Shown piece after piece: positions 26,374-36,029 of a DNA stretch of 64,000 nt. Within the stretch, counting starts at the first letter, position 1; every line of letters starts with the position of its first letter. The stretch covers positions 19,083-83,082 of the forward strand of contig CAYZXL010000002.1 in the NCBI GenBank assembly GCA_964482435.1. The letters are read 5' to 3'. The notes below the pieces were generated by a model that searched no databases, had not been told where the DNA came from, and worked only from the letters and a program-made list of their open reading frames with translations. The position numbers and the translations under genes are program-made. Source of the DNA: an uncultured Verrucomicrobiota bacterium. Its GTDB lineage: Bacteria; Auribacterota; JABMQX01.

Positions 26374-28920
26374 CTACGGATTTTCGAGAACGCGGTAGAA
26401 GCGGCGGCGAACGAGCCATGGTGGCAGGACGGTCCTGGAGCCATCGTCCATCCAGGAGGTCGTTGTGCGGCCCGCCGAGGGGACGCTCCCGTCGGCGAGG
26501 TCCCATCTCACGAGGTCATCAGAGTAGAAGACCGAGTAGGATTTGTCGTCGAGCGAGCTCCAGGTCAACGTTGTGTCGGCAGGGCCCGGCCCCGGTTTCA
26601 GCTCATTGATGTAGAACTCGTAAGCCCCCATGTCTACCCTGAACTCCCAACCGCCAAACATCGTCCTGTGCATACCGCCGATGTCAAATTCGTCCGAGGC
26701 CACAGAGGTGTTGTCTCCTGCGTCAATGCACGGCGAATCGGGCGAAAGCCGAAAGTCCCCCTCGACCCAGATATCATCGCTCTTGTCGTCGGGAGTGCCC
26801 GCGTCGTCCCAGAATCCAGGGCGAGTGAATTGCGGGTCGCTGGCACTATTTCCGTACACTATGGGGTCGCCGGTCCAACCCTGGACACAGGAATAGAATG
26901 GGGCAACGCAGTTCTCAAGCTGCGGGCTATTTCCAGCCGTGTTCTCCCAGATGATGCAGTTGACTATCTCGCCCTGGCACCAAGCAAGTCCCCCGCCACG
27001 CCACTGACCGGAGTTGCCGATGATGGTATTGTTCCGGATGACACCCTGGCACTCGTACAATCCGCCGCCGTCGCTCGCCCTGTTGGCGGAGATGACGTTG
27101 TCATGAATGACACCGCTGCACATGTATAGTCCGCCGCCGGCCCCACTCGTGTTTTCTGAGATAGTGTTGCCGAAAATGGCCCCGTTGCAAAAGGCAAGCC
27201 CGCCGCCGCGCCACTGCGCAGCGTTGCCAACGATGACGTTGTTGCGGATTGTGGCATGAGTAGGATACCCTTCTGGGCCTCCGTAAATCCCGGCTCCCGC
27301 TGTGGCACACCCGTTTCGGATGGTGAAGCCTGATAGAACGCAGTTTTCGCTCTCACCGCCGGTGAACGACACGACCGGCCCCGCGCCGCCGCCGTCGAGG
27401 ATTGTCGAGGAGACCACACCGGAGTTCTCAGGGTTCAAGCTGCGAAGGACAATGTCAGCACCGCAAAACTGGAGGTTCTCCTCGTGAATTCCTAAGGCCG
27501 CGATGATTTCGTCGCCGTTCACAGCCAGGCAAAGGGCTTTCTGGATCGTTGGTATCTTCAAGAGGACGTGAACGATTTCGGGTTGGGTTGGCGCGAGCGG
27601 GTCGGTCCCGCGGAGAAGCTCCAGGCCGTCGCGAAGGCCATCGTCGTCGGTGTCGGTGTCCGCAGGGTCCGTGGCCGCATCCCCCTCATCGTCGTCCTCG
27701 AGCAAATCGCCGTCCGAATCAACAAAGGAATCGTATTCATAGCATCCCATATCCACTCGCTCCCCCTCGAGGCGGCAGTTGCCGTTGAGGTCGCGCTGGG
27801 GCCAAGCGGCCCAATAGTAGTTGACGCCTTTATTTACACAAGGCGAATCGGACTGAAGATGATAGTCGTCTCCTGCGGGGTCAACAAAAAGGGGGCTGAG
27901 GTTCGTGTTACCCTCGCCGCCTCCGGTCCAGTCCTGAATGCAGGAATACGCAGGTGCAGTACAACTGCCCAACTGAGTGGCTTCTCCGCCGGTGTTCCCC
28001 CAGACAATGCAGTTGCGGATGATTCCCCCACATCCTGACAGTCCGCCGACAGACTCTTCGCCGGTAGCGGAGTTCCCGACTATGGTGTTGTTCAAAATCA
28101 ACCCCGCGCAGCCCTCCAACCCCGCCACGCCGCCTTCCGACGAATTCTTGATAACAAGGTTGTTCTGGACGATGCCGTCGCAGTTGTCCAGCGCGCCGGA
28201 GCCATCGCTGTCATGGCCCATGTTTCCGCTGATGACGTTGTTCTGAATAACGCCGCTGCAATGGTTCAGCCCCGCAGCACCTTCGCCATACGAGTGATTA
28301 CCCGTAACAGCATTGCCTTCGATGAGGCCGTTGCAATAAATCAGTCCGCCGCCGCGCCCCGCAGAGTTCTGGCTTATGGTATTATTCTGGATGAGGCCAT
28401 CGCAGCAAGAGATTCCGCCGCCTCTGTCCGCGAAGCAGTCTGTGATGACGTTGTTGCGGATAGTGGCGCGAGTGCGGCCCTCAGGAGGAGGGGCAAAGGG
28501 GAAAGTTCCGCCATAGATTCCGCCGCCATACGTCTTGCCAATGGGGACCATAGCTTCGCCGTTCCGGATAGTGAAGCCGCTGATGACGCACGATTCATCC
28601 TCCGTTCCGGCGAAAGTGACGACTGAGCCTGCACGGTTCCCGTCAATAATCGTGCTGTCAACGACGGCCGGGTCGAGCGGATCGGTGCTCGTGAGGACAA
28701 TGTTCTTGCCGTTGAACCTGATATTTTCGGCATAGAGACCTTCCGCCGCCGTGACTGTGTCACCCTCGCTTGCGGCGTCTATCCCCTCCTGAATCGTTTT
28801 GAGCGCGGTTTCCCAGGAAAGGCCGTTCCCGGACTGACTGACCGAGCTGTCCACATACAACGTTGTCCCGATGACGATGCGACAAAGGCTGACGCAAAGG
28901 ACTACGCCAATTATCTTCAT
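26374..28920 (-). CDS. Secreted right-handed parallel beta-helix repeat protein, two-module, with acidic Ca-binding-like linker and FYRV C-terminal module
   Basis: Trimmed to the ATG at 28920 (MKIIGVVLCVSLC signal). It has repeated NNxIxGNSA..GGGL turns and NCIVWGN/NCIIWEN capping motifs. The linker DSDGDLLEDDDEGDAATDPADTDTDDDGLRDG separates two beta-helix modules. The C-terminus is ...RRRFYRVLENP. Confidence 0.75.
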   Translation of the reverse strand: MKIIGVVLCVSLCRIVIGTTLYVDSSVSQSGNGLSWETALKTIQEGIDAASEGDTVTAAEGLYAENIRFNGKNIVLTSTDPLDPAVVDSTIIDGNRAGSVVTFAGTEDESCVISGFTIRNGEAMVPIGKTYGGGIYGGTFPFAPPPEGRTRATIRNNVITDCFADRGGGISCCDGLIQNNTISQNSAGRGGGLIYCNGLIEGNAVTGNHSYGEGAAGLNHCSGVIQNNVISGNMGHDSDGSGALDNCDGIVQNNLVIKNSSEGGVAGLEGCAGLILNNTIVGNSATGEESVGGLSGCGGIIRNCIVWGNTGGEATQLGSCTAPAYSCIQDWTGGGEGNTNLSPLFVDPAGDDYHLQSDSPCVNKGVNYYWAAWPQRDLNGNCRLEGERVDMGCYEYDSFVDSDGDLLEDDDEGDAATDPADTDTDDDGLRDGLELLRGTDPLAPTQPEIVHVLLKIPTIQKALCLAVNGDEIIAALGIHEENLQFCGADIVLRSLNPENSGVVSSTILDGGGAGPVVSFTGGESENCVLSGFTIRNGCATAGAGIYGGPEGYPTHATIRNNVIVGNAAQWRGGGLAFCNGAIFGNTISENTSGAGGGLYMCSGVIHDNVISANRASDGGGLYECQGVIRNNTIIGNSGQWRGGGLAWCQGEIVNCIIWENTAGNSPQLENCVAPFYSCVQGWTGDPIVYGNSASDPQFTRPGFWDDAGTPDDKSDDIWVEGDFRLSPDSPCIDAGDNTSVASDEFDIGGMHRTMFGGWEFRVDMGAYEFYINELKPGPGPADTTLTWSSLDDKSYSVFYSDDLVRWDLADGSVPSAGRTTTSWMDDGSRTVLPPWLVRRRFYRVLENP

Positions 28921-28970
28921 CACCTTTTCCACTGTTCTTCTCCTCACATAACTGTCTCCACGGGTCGGTG

Positions 28971-31900
28971 CTACGGATTCTCAACGATGCGGTAGAAACG
29001 GCAGGGGACGCTGGATGGCGGCATCCCCGTCTTGTAGCCATCATCAACCCATGATGTGGTCGCGCTTCCTGCCGACGGAATGGCGTTCTCCGCCGGAAGC
29101 CATGTCAAAAGGTCATCCGAGTAGAAGATCGAATACGATTTATCCGCAAGAGAGCTCCATGTCAAAGTCGCTTCCCCGGGCTCCGGTCCGAGCCGCAACT
29201 CATTGACGTAATACTCATATGCCCCCATATCCACGCAGAAGAGCTTTCCGCCGAACATGATTCTGTGCACGCCCCGGATGTCGGCATCCGGGAGAATCAC
29301 TGCGTTGTTGTCGCCTGAATCTATGCAGGCCGACAGCGGCGAAAGACGGTAGTCGCCATTTTCGGCGTGGACGAATTCCGGGTCTCGCACGACGTTCCGG
29401 TACTTCTTGAGGTCTCCAGCCCAATCCTGGATGCATGAGTAGGTCGGTTCGCTGCACCCATAGAGCTGCGGTGTCCATGGGGCAATGTTTCCCCAGATGA
29501 TGCAGTTGACTATTGTGCCGCTGCATTCGTACAGCCCGCCCCCGTCGGTCTCAGACAAGTTCCCGACAATCGTGTTATTGAGGATAGTGCCGCACTGGCT
29601 CAGCCCGCCGCCAGAGCCTGCCGAGTTGCCTACGATTACGTTGCTTCGGATGATGCCGTCGCAGGCGCTAAGCCCGCCTCCCCCTGAGAGTGCGGAGTTG
29701 CCGGTGATGATGTTGCCGTGGATGGTGCGTTCACAGAGTGCCAGTCCGCCGCCGGATTGAGCTGTATTGCCTCGGATGAGGTTGCTCCGGATTGTGCCGC
29801 GGCACCTCAACAGCCCGCCGCCTTCCAGTCCAGCGGAGTTTTCAGAGATGTCATTGTCCATGACCTGGCCGTCGCAGAGGTACAGACCCCCGCCGCCTGC
29901 TTCGGCAGAGTTAGCCGTGATCGTGTTGTTCTGAATCATTCCGCCGCACCGGCCAAGCCCGCCGCCCGTTTGAGCTGAGTTGCCTCTTATGACGTTGTCT
30001 TGAAGCGTGCCGCTGCTCCAGCACACTCCTCCGCCTTCAGACCCAGCCGAATTTCCGGAAATGGTATTTCCTTCGACAATCCCGACGCAGCTCATAAGCC
30101 CTCCGCCATCCGAGGAAGCCGAGTTGGCTGTAATGGTGTTCCCCCTGATCGTCCCATTGTTGTAGTTTAGCCCACCGCCCGCCTGAGCCGAATTCCGCGC
30201 GATGGTGTTGGACTCGATCGTGCCGCTGCAAGAAGCCAACCCACCGCCGTTCCCAGAGTCAGCGGAGTTTTCTGTGATCTCGTTGCCGCGGATGGCGCCG
30301 TTGCAGTAGTCCAGACCGCCTCCCTCGTAGAAAGCGGAGTTTCCAGTGATAAGGTTGTTTTCAATGATGCCATCGCAGTAAACAAGCCCGCCCCCGCGCC
30401 AGGCCCAGTTTCCGGTGATCGCATTATTCTGGATTGTTGCCTCAGTGTGACCGTTCTCGGTGCCGCCGCAGATTCCACCGCCATACTCAGCCTTCCCGTT
30501 TTGAATGGTGAAGCCGGACAATACGCAAGTTGAAGCCTCCGTGCCGGAGAACCTGACGGCGGGACCGGATTGACTGCCGTCAATGATTGTGTTGGCGACG
30601 GCGGTTGAGTCGAGTGGGTCGGCGCCTCTGAGGGTGACATTCTTGCCCAGGAAGTTGATGTTCTCGGCGTACGTGCCTGGATGAACCACTATTTCGTCGG
30701 CGTCGGCAGACTCGCACAAAGCAACCTGGATGCTCTGAGACCATTCCCCCTTGGTCAAATTCTCGACGAGGGTCTCCGCTGCTGTCCTCGGGTCCCAGCC
30801 ATAACGGCACTCCTTGCCATTCGGGATGTGGTCTCCGTCGGGATCGGCCGCGATGTCCCCGTCGAGGCTCGCGAACCACTGAAGTTCCCAACCGTCGGGC
30901 AGGCCATCGGCGTCCGTGTCCGCCGATTTGGAAGTTGCCCCGGCGGTGTTTCCGTAGGCACCAATGTCTATTCGCCCCCCATTGGGCAAAGGCTCGTTGG
31001 AGAAATCGGAGGAAGGGTCCCCGGCGTCTATGCACGGCGACCAGCCCAAGAGATGGTAATCTTCCGCCTGAGGATCAACGAAGTAAGGGCAAGCCGCGAT
31101 GTTCCCGTCTCCGCCTTCAGTCCAGTATTCGATGCAGGAGTAAGTCGGCAGGCTGCAATTCCACAGTTGGCTGCCGCCGCGATTACCCCAGACGATGCAA
31201 TTGACTATGGTTCCGGCACAGCGGTTCAGCCCCCCGCCCTGGTCGCCGGCTGAGTTTCCAGTGATGGTGTTGTTTACAATGACGCCATTGCAGTACGACA
31301 GCCCCCCACCGTCTTCTGGAGCCGAGTTCTCGGCGATTACGTTGCTCCGGACGGTGCCGCTGCAGGCAAATAGCCCGCCCCCATCCTCCGCGGTTGAATT
31401 TCTAACGATGACGTTGTTCTCGATGATCCCGTCACACCCGTCAAGCCCCCCGGCGCCTTCGTCTGCCGAGTTCCCGCTGATTAAGTTGCCTCGGATCGTA
31501 CCGTCGCAATCGTGCAGCCCCCCGGCACCCTCGCCGCCGGCCGTGTTATCGGTGATGATGTTGTTTTCAATCGTGCCATGGCAGGTATGCAGCGCCGCGC
31601 CACGCCCCGCCACGTTCTGGCTGATAGTGTTGTTTTGGATAATCCCATCGCAGCCATACAGTCCGCCGCCGCGCATTGCTTCATTGTTGGTGATGACGTT
31701 GTTGCGGATGGCCGCGTGAGTGCGGTTCTCAGCCATCCACACCGCACCGCTGATTCCTCCTCCCCACGACCGGCCGAATTCCTCGCGTGCTCTGCCGTTG
31801 CTGATGGTGAAACCAGTCAGAACGCAGGTTTCATCTTCGGTTCCCGAGAAAATGACGACGGAGTCCACCCAGTTGCCGTCTATGATTGTGCTGGCGACGA

Positions 31901-32171
31901 CGTTCGCGTCGAGAGGATCACTGCTGGTAAGAACAATGTTCTTGCCGTTGAATTTGATGTTTTCGACGTACGTCCCTTGGGCGACCACAACCGTATCACC
32001 GTTTGAGGCGGTATCAATCCCCTTCTGAATGGTTGCGAAAGGGGCTTCCTCCGTGCCCGCATTCGCGTCCGACCCAAGAGGCGGGGGGGCCACGTACCAG
32101 TTGGTTCCCGTGGCGCGCTGAGAGACGCAAATCAGAAACAGAATTGCCACCACGTCCAGGGTCTTTCGCAT
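28971..32171 (-). CDS. Secreted right-handed parallel beta-helix repeat protein (paralog of 26374..28920), two-module
   Basis: Trimmed to the ATG at 32171, preceded by AAGGAG at 7-nt spacing. It has a signal peptide MRKTLDVVAILFLICVS and dozens of GNSA..GGGL repeats. The linker is DTDADGLPDGWE...DPDGDHIPNGKE. The C-terminus is ...VPCRFYRIVENP. Confidence 0.75.
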   Translation of the reverse strand: MRKTLDVVAILFLICVSQRATGTNWYVAPPPLGSDANAGTEEAPFATIQKGIDTASNGDTVVVAQGTYVENIKFNGKNIVLTSSDPLDANVVASTIIDGNWVDSVVIFSGTEDETCVLTGFTISNGRAREEFGRSWGGGISGAVWMAENRTHAAIRNNVITNNEAMRGGGLYGCDGIIQNNTISQNVAGRGAALHTCHGTIENNIITDNTAGGEGAGGLHDCDGTIRGNLISGNSADEGAGGLDGCDGIIENNVIVRNSTAEDGGGLFACSGTVRSNVIAENSAPEDGGGLSYCNGVIVNNTITGNSAGDQGGGLNRCAGTIVNCIVWGNRGGSQLWNCSLPTYSCIEYWTEGGDGNIAACPYFVDPQAEDYHLLGWSPCIDAGDPSSDFSNEPLPNGGRIDIGAYGNTAGATSKSADTDADGLPDGWELQWFASLDGDIAADPDGDHIPNGKECRYGWDPRTAAETLVENLTKGEWSQSIQVALCESADADEIVVHPGTYAENINFLGKNVTLRGADPLDSTAVANTIIDGSQSGPAVRFSGTEASTCVLSGFTIQNGKAEYGGGICGGTENGHTEATIQNNAITGNWAWRGGGLVYCDGIIENNLITGNSAFYEGGGLDYCNGAIRGNEITENSADSGNGGGLASCSGTIESNTIARNSAQAGGGLNYNNGTIRGNTITANSASSDGGGLMSCVGIVEGNTISGNSAGSEGGGVCWSSGTLQDNVIRGNSAQTGGGLGRCGGMIQNNTITANSAEAGGGGLYLCDGQVMDNDISENSAGLEGGGLLRCRGTIRSNLIRGNTAQSGGGLALCERTIHGNIITGNSALSGGGGLSACDGIIRSNVIVGNSAGSGGGLSQCGTILNNTIVGNLSETDGGGLYECSGTIVNCIIWGNIAPWTPQLYGCSEPTYSCIQDWAGDLKKYRNVVRDPEFVHAENGDYRLSPLSACIDSGDNNAVILPDADIRGVHRIMFGGKLFCVDMGAYEYYVNELRLGPEPGEATLTWSSLADKSYSIFYSDDLLTWLPAENAIPSAGSATTSWVDDGYKTGMPPSSVPCRFYRIVENP

Positions 32172-32593
32172 CTCTAATCTCCTTGACATCCGTATGTTGC
32201 GCTTTCCATTCTCAAGTGTTCCTCAAAGACCTTTCAGCGCCCATGGCCCGAGCCGCGTCCGGTGCGATCCTTCGCGGGAGCCATACCACGGTTTCACCCG
32301 TACAATCATAAGAGACCACAACTAAGTGCGACACGCAAGGGCTAACCCTTGAAAAAACTGCTTTCTCCAGTGCTCGCCTGTCTGCTGAGTCTTCTCCCGC
32401 CCTGGGCCGAGGAGCGCAAAAGCGGGAAGGGTTTGGAACGGCGCACACGAGGAGCTCACAAGCAAGTCGGCAACTGGTTTTCACGAGAGGCTTTCGATTG
32501 CATAAGATAACATAGTATCATTCAAACACCGTTCACTGACGCAGTTGAACGGCTAAAAGCGCAAATTCTAAACCCAAATGAAAGGAGTTTCTT

Positions 32594-34072
32594 ATGACAC
32601 GCGGTAGTCAACCATCGCGCTCTGATAGTTCCACAAAACCCTCTCGCCAAGGGCATGGGCTTTCGCGGCGAGAGTTTCTCGGAGGGTGCGTGACCTGTGC
32701 TGCGGGTCTGTCGGCCATGTCGGCTCTTGGCGCAGCCGCGGCAGAAGCCGCGGGCGAAAAATCGTCTATCCCGGCGCCGGGCGGGGAAAAGCCCAGGATA
32801 CGCCTCGTCTTCACGCACATTCCGCCGGAGAATCCGACGTGGCCGCACATCGGGTACGATTATGCGGGACGAAAAAAGGTTTTGACGGACAAGCTCCGTG
32901 AAGCTTGTTCGGGCATCGAGTTTCTGCCAGTCACGGTGCGCAACAGGGAAGAAGCGCAGAAGCTTTTGGAATCTGACGCAGGCGTGGACGGGTATTTGAT
33001 TTACATGATTGGAATATGGACCGGAGCGCCGCAGGTAATCGCAGGGGCGGGGCGACCGTGTGTTTTCGTTGACGACCTATACGGCGGGTCGGGAGAGTTT
33101 CTCGTCGCATACGCGGCTGCGAGAAGAAACCGATGGAAAGTCGCGGGCGTTTCATCAGCAAACTTCGATGACGTGGTTCAGGCTGCTCGGTCATTCGAGT
33201 GCATTAAGAAACTGCGGCATTCCGCGATCCTGAGAATTGGACAGGGATTCGGCTGCACGCCCGAAGGCGTGGAGAAGATTTTCGGGACCAAGGTCGTGTT
33301 TAAGGAACTGGAAGAACTCAACCAATTCTACGAAAAGGCGGACCGTGAGGAGGCGCGCAAATGGGCTGACCGCTGGATAAGGCAAGCGGAGAAAGTCGTC
33401 GAGCCGTCGCGCGAAGAAATCGAGAAATCCGGCGCGATGTATCTGGGGATGTGCGAAATGATGCGCCAGAACAAGGCGCAGGCTATCACCATCAACTGCC
33501 TCGGCGGTTTCTATGGCGGGAAAATCACGGCGTATCCGTGCCTGGGGTTCCTCCAGCTCAACAACGATGGCTACGTCGGAGCCTGCGAGTCGGACCTGAC
33601 ATCTACAATCAGCATGCTGGTAATGGCCTACCTCGTCGGTCGCCCCGGATTCATATCCGATCCGGTCATTGACACGTCGAGGAACCAGATTATCTACGCA
33701 CACTGTGTCGCTCCCACAAAGGTCTTCGGCCCTGACGGGCCCGCGAATCCGTTCCACATTCGCAGCCACTCCGAGGACCGGAGAGGTGCAGCAGTTCGCT
33801 CTCTGATGCCGCTTGGCGAGATGACCACAACCCTCGAGTTCAATCCCGACAGGAAGCAGGTGATAATCCACCTGGGTAAGACTGTCGCGAACATTGACGA
33901 GGACAAGGCCTGCCGGACGAAACTTGCCGCTGAGCCTGAGGGCGACATTGACAGGTTGATGAATTACTGGGACCAGTGGGGCTGGCACCGCGTCACCTTC
34001 TATGGAGACCTCAAACGCCCTGTGGAACACGTCGCCGCTCTGCTCGGACTTGAAGTGGTGGAGGAGGCTTAG
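32594..34072 (+). CDS. Tat-signal protein of unknown function (possibly sugar-isomerase-like fold)
   Basis: 492-aa ORF whose ATG is preceded by AAAGGAG. It has the twin-arginine motif SRREFLGGCVTCAAGLSAMSALGAAAA. The internal GACESDLTSTISMLVM is loosely reminiscent of L-fucose/arabinose isomerase-like proteins, but support for that is weak. Confidence 0.55.
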   Translation: MTRGSQPSRSDSSTKPSRQGHGLSRREFLGGCVTCAAGLSAMSALGAAAAEAAGEKSSIPAPGGEKPRIRLVFTHIPPENPTWPHIGYDYAGRKKVLTDKLREACSGIEFLPVTVRNREEAQKLLESDAGVDGYLIYMIGIWTGAPQVIAGAGRPCVFVDDLYGGSGEFLVAYAAARRNRWKVAGVSSANFDDVVQAARSFECIKKLRHSAILRIGQGFGCTPEGVEKIFGTKVVFKELEELNQFYEKADREEARKWADRWIRQAEKVVEPSREEIEKSGAMYLGMCEMMRQNKAQAITINCLGGFYGGKITAYPCLGFLQLNNDGYVGACESDLTSTISMLVMAYLVGRPGFISDPVIDTSRNQIIYAHCVAPTKVFGPDGPANPFHIRSHSEDRRGAAVRSLMPLGEMTTTLEFNPDRKQVIIHLGKTVANIDEDKACRTKLAAEPEGDIDRLMNYWDQWGWHRVTFYGDLKRPVEHVAALLGLEVVEEA

Positions 34073-34128
34073 TGCCCTGATTTATAAATTCGATGACGTA
34101 TTTTCCTCTGACAGGATAAACAGGATGA

Positions 34129-34158
34129 ACAGGATTCTGCGAATCCTGTACCGATTTT
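34129..34158 (+). terminator. Hairpin plus T-run downstream of 32594..34072
   Basis: ACAGGAT-TCTGCGA-ATCCTGT (7-bp stem) is followed 5 nt later by TTTT. It is preceded by two further direct ACAGGAT copies at 34111 and 34120. Confidence 0.35.
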
Positions 34159-34340
34159 GTTAGTTTCGGTCATGACAGCGTGATGCATAGGCGGGCTGAC
34201 CCGGCCAAAGGCCAGCCACCTTCGAGCCCTCCCTTTCAAATCCGGGCCATCCTGTGAATCCCGTCCAAAATATCCTCGCTTCTGGCGCGGCTTTCTGCTG
34301 TGCGCTCGTGCTTTGCGCCCGCGGTGAAGATAAATATCGG

Positions 34341-34369
34341 TTGACTTCTTGTTCACGGGAGGGTTTAAT
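34341..34369 (+). promoter_or_regulatory. Sigma70-like promoter (TTGACT-17 nt-TTTAAT) upstream of the split beta-helix gene
   Basis: TTGACT lies at 34341..34346 and TTTAAT at 34364..34369, with a 17-nt spacer. It is about 100 nt upstream of the ATG at 34468. Confidence 0.4.
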
Positions 34370-34467
34370 CTGTCTTCCAGCTTCCCGCGGGTTGCGAGCG
34401 GCCGGCGGTGCCTTCTGAGATGTGGGAAGTGGCGACAGGCCTGGCGGGTCTAAGGGAGGCGAAGGCG

Positions 34468-35900
34468 ATGGAAAGGGTTGTGGCGGTAATTGCTTTCGTG
34501 GTTTCCGTCTGCCTTTGTAAGCCAGGGACCGGGGCAGCGTGGTACGTTCGCGGCTCGGTTTCCCAGTCGGGGGACGGGCGGAGTTGGGCGACCGCATTCA
34601 AGAGAATCCAGAAGGGGATAGACGCCGCGTCGGATGGCGACACGGTAAACGTGGCGTGGGGCATTTATGTCGAGAACATCCGGTTCAATGGGAAGAACGT
34701 CGTCCTGACTAGCACGAATCCCGCCGATCCCGATATCGTCGCGACCACCATCATTGACGGCAACCAGGCCGGCCCGGTCGTCACGTTTTCCGGCAGCGAA
34801 AATGAAACCTGCGTCCTCTCCGGATTCACCATCCGCAACGGCAAAGCGCAGAGTGGCGGCGGCATCTATGGCGGCTCGACCTCCCCCACTCACGCCACGA
34901 TCAAGAGTAATACCATCGCGGGCAATACGGCGGACCGGGAGGGCGGCGGGCTGTATTACTGCGATGGCAGGAGTTACGACAATACCATCACGGGCAACTC
35001 GCAAAGATCGGAGGGGGGCTTTATCACTGCAACGGCAGGATTCAGAGCAACACGGTCGCGGATAACTCGGTAGACGACTCCGGCGCAGGGCTCTATGCCT
35101 GCGACGGCATCATCGAGAGCAACGCCATACAGGGCAACTTCGCCGAATACGATGGCGGCGGGTTGTTTCGGTGCAACGGGACGATCAAGAGTAACGTGAT
35201 AACGGGCAATACCGCCGGGCGGAACGGCGGTGGGCTCTACTACTGCGATGGCTCCATATACGATAACACCGTCACGGGGAATTGTGCGCGGGTCGCGGGC
35301 GGCGGCATCTATTACTGTAAGGGCACAATCCGCAACTGCATTGTCTGGAGTAACTTAGCTCCCATCGGGCCCCAGATCGACGAGTCGAGTGTACCCAGCT
35401 ATTCCTGCCTCCACGGCTGGACTGGTGGGGGGCAGGGGAACATCAACACCGACCCTCAGTTCGTCGTGTCCGGATATTGGCAAGACAATGGCACACCCTA
35501 TTACCTCTATGACGACGTTTGGATCGAGGGAGATTACCACCTTCTGCCCGGCTCCCCATGTATTGACAAGGGGAAGAACGAAGATTGGATGACGGGCGCG
35601 GTTGACCCTGACGGCAATCCCCGAATCCTCTTTGGTTATTCTTCAGCCACGGTTGATATGGGAGCGTACGAACACAGGTTCCCTCTCAACATCCTGACCG
35701 TCGAACAGGGCGCTGGCTCCCAGACCCTTTTGACGTGGGCGAGCCGTCGCGGCGCTACCTACATTATCGGGTCTTCCCCGAACCTCCTTTCCGGGTTATG
35801 GGTTGAGGAAGCGACGATCATTTCGCAAGGCTCATCGTGCTCCTGGCTCGATCCGGACTCGCTCTCCCGTCAAAAGTTCTACCGAATCGAGCTTCGCTGA
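34468..35900 (+). pseudogene. Beta-helix repeat surface protein (third paralog) interrupted by a -1 frameshift in a G6 tract
   Basis: Track ORFs 34408..35073 and 35163..35900 are the two halves of one gene. The ATG at 34468 is preceded by AGGGAGG and followed by a signal peptide MERVVAVIAFVVSVCLC. The repeat pattern continues without interruption if one G is added to the GGGGGG run at 35013..35018 (…NSQRSEGG|LYHCNGRIQSNTVADNS…). The C-terminus is ...RQKFYRIELR. Confidence 0.7.
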
Positions 35901-36029
35901 TCCGCCCCCTCGGCGGGAAAAATCTGTTCCGACGTCTGGCAGACGGCCTGACAGAAGCACGACAGGCGGCTTAGAAGTCCTTGAAGGCCTGGCATCCCTG
36001 AATCCGAAGTCCCGGCGAGGTGTCTGCCC

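Noticed and set aside
29480-31720. Strong DNA periodicity that might be mistaken for a CRISPR array or a tandem repeat array.
   Set aside because: The period follows the roughly 22-25-codon beta-helix turn (GNSA..GGGL) inside one continuous ORF. The repeats are imperfect at the DNA level, and there are no unique spacers or leader. This is coding repetition, not CRISPR.
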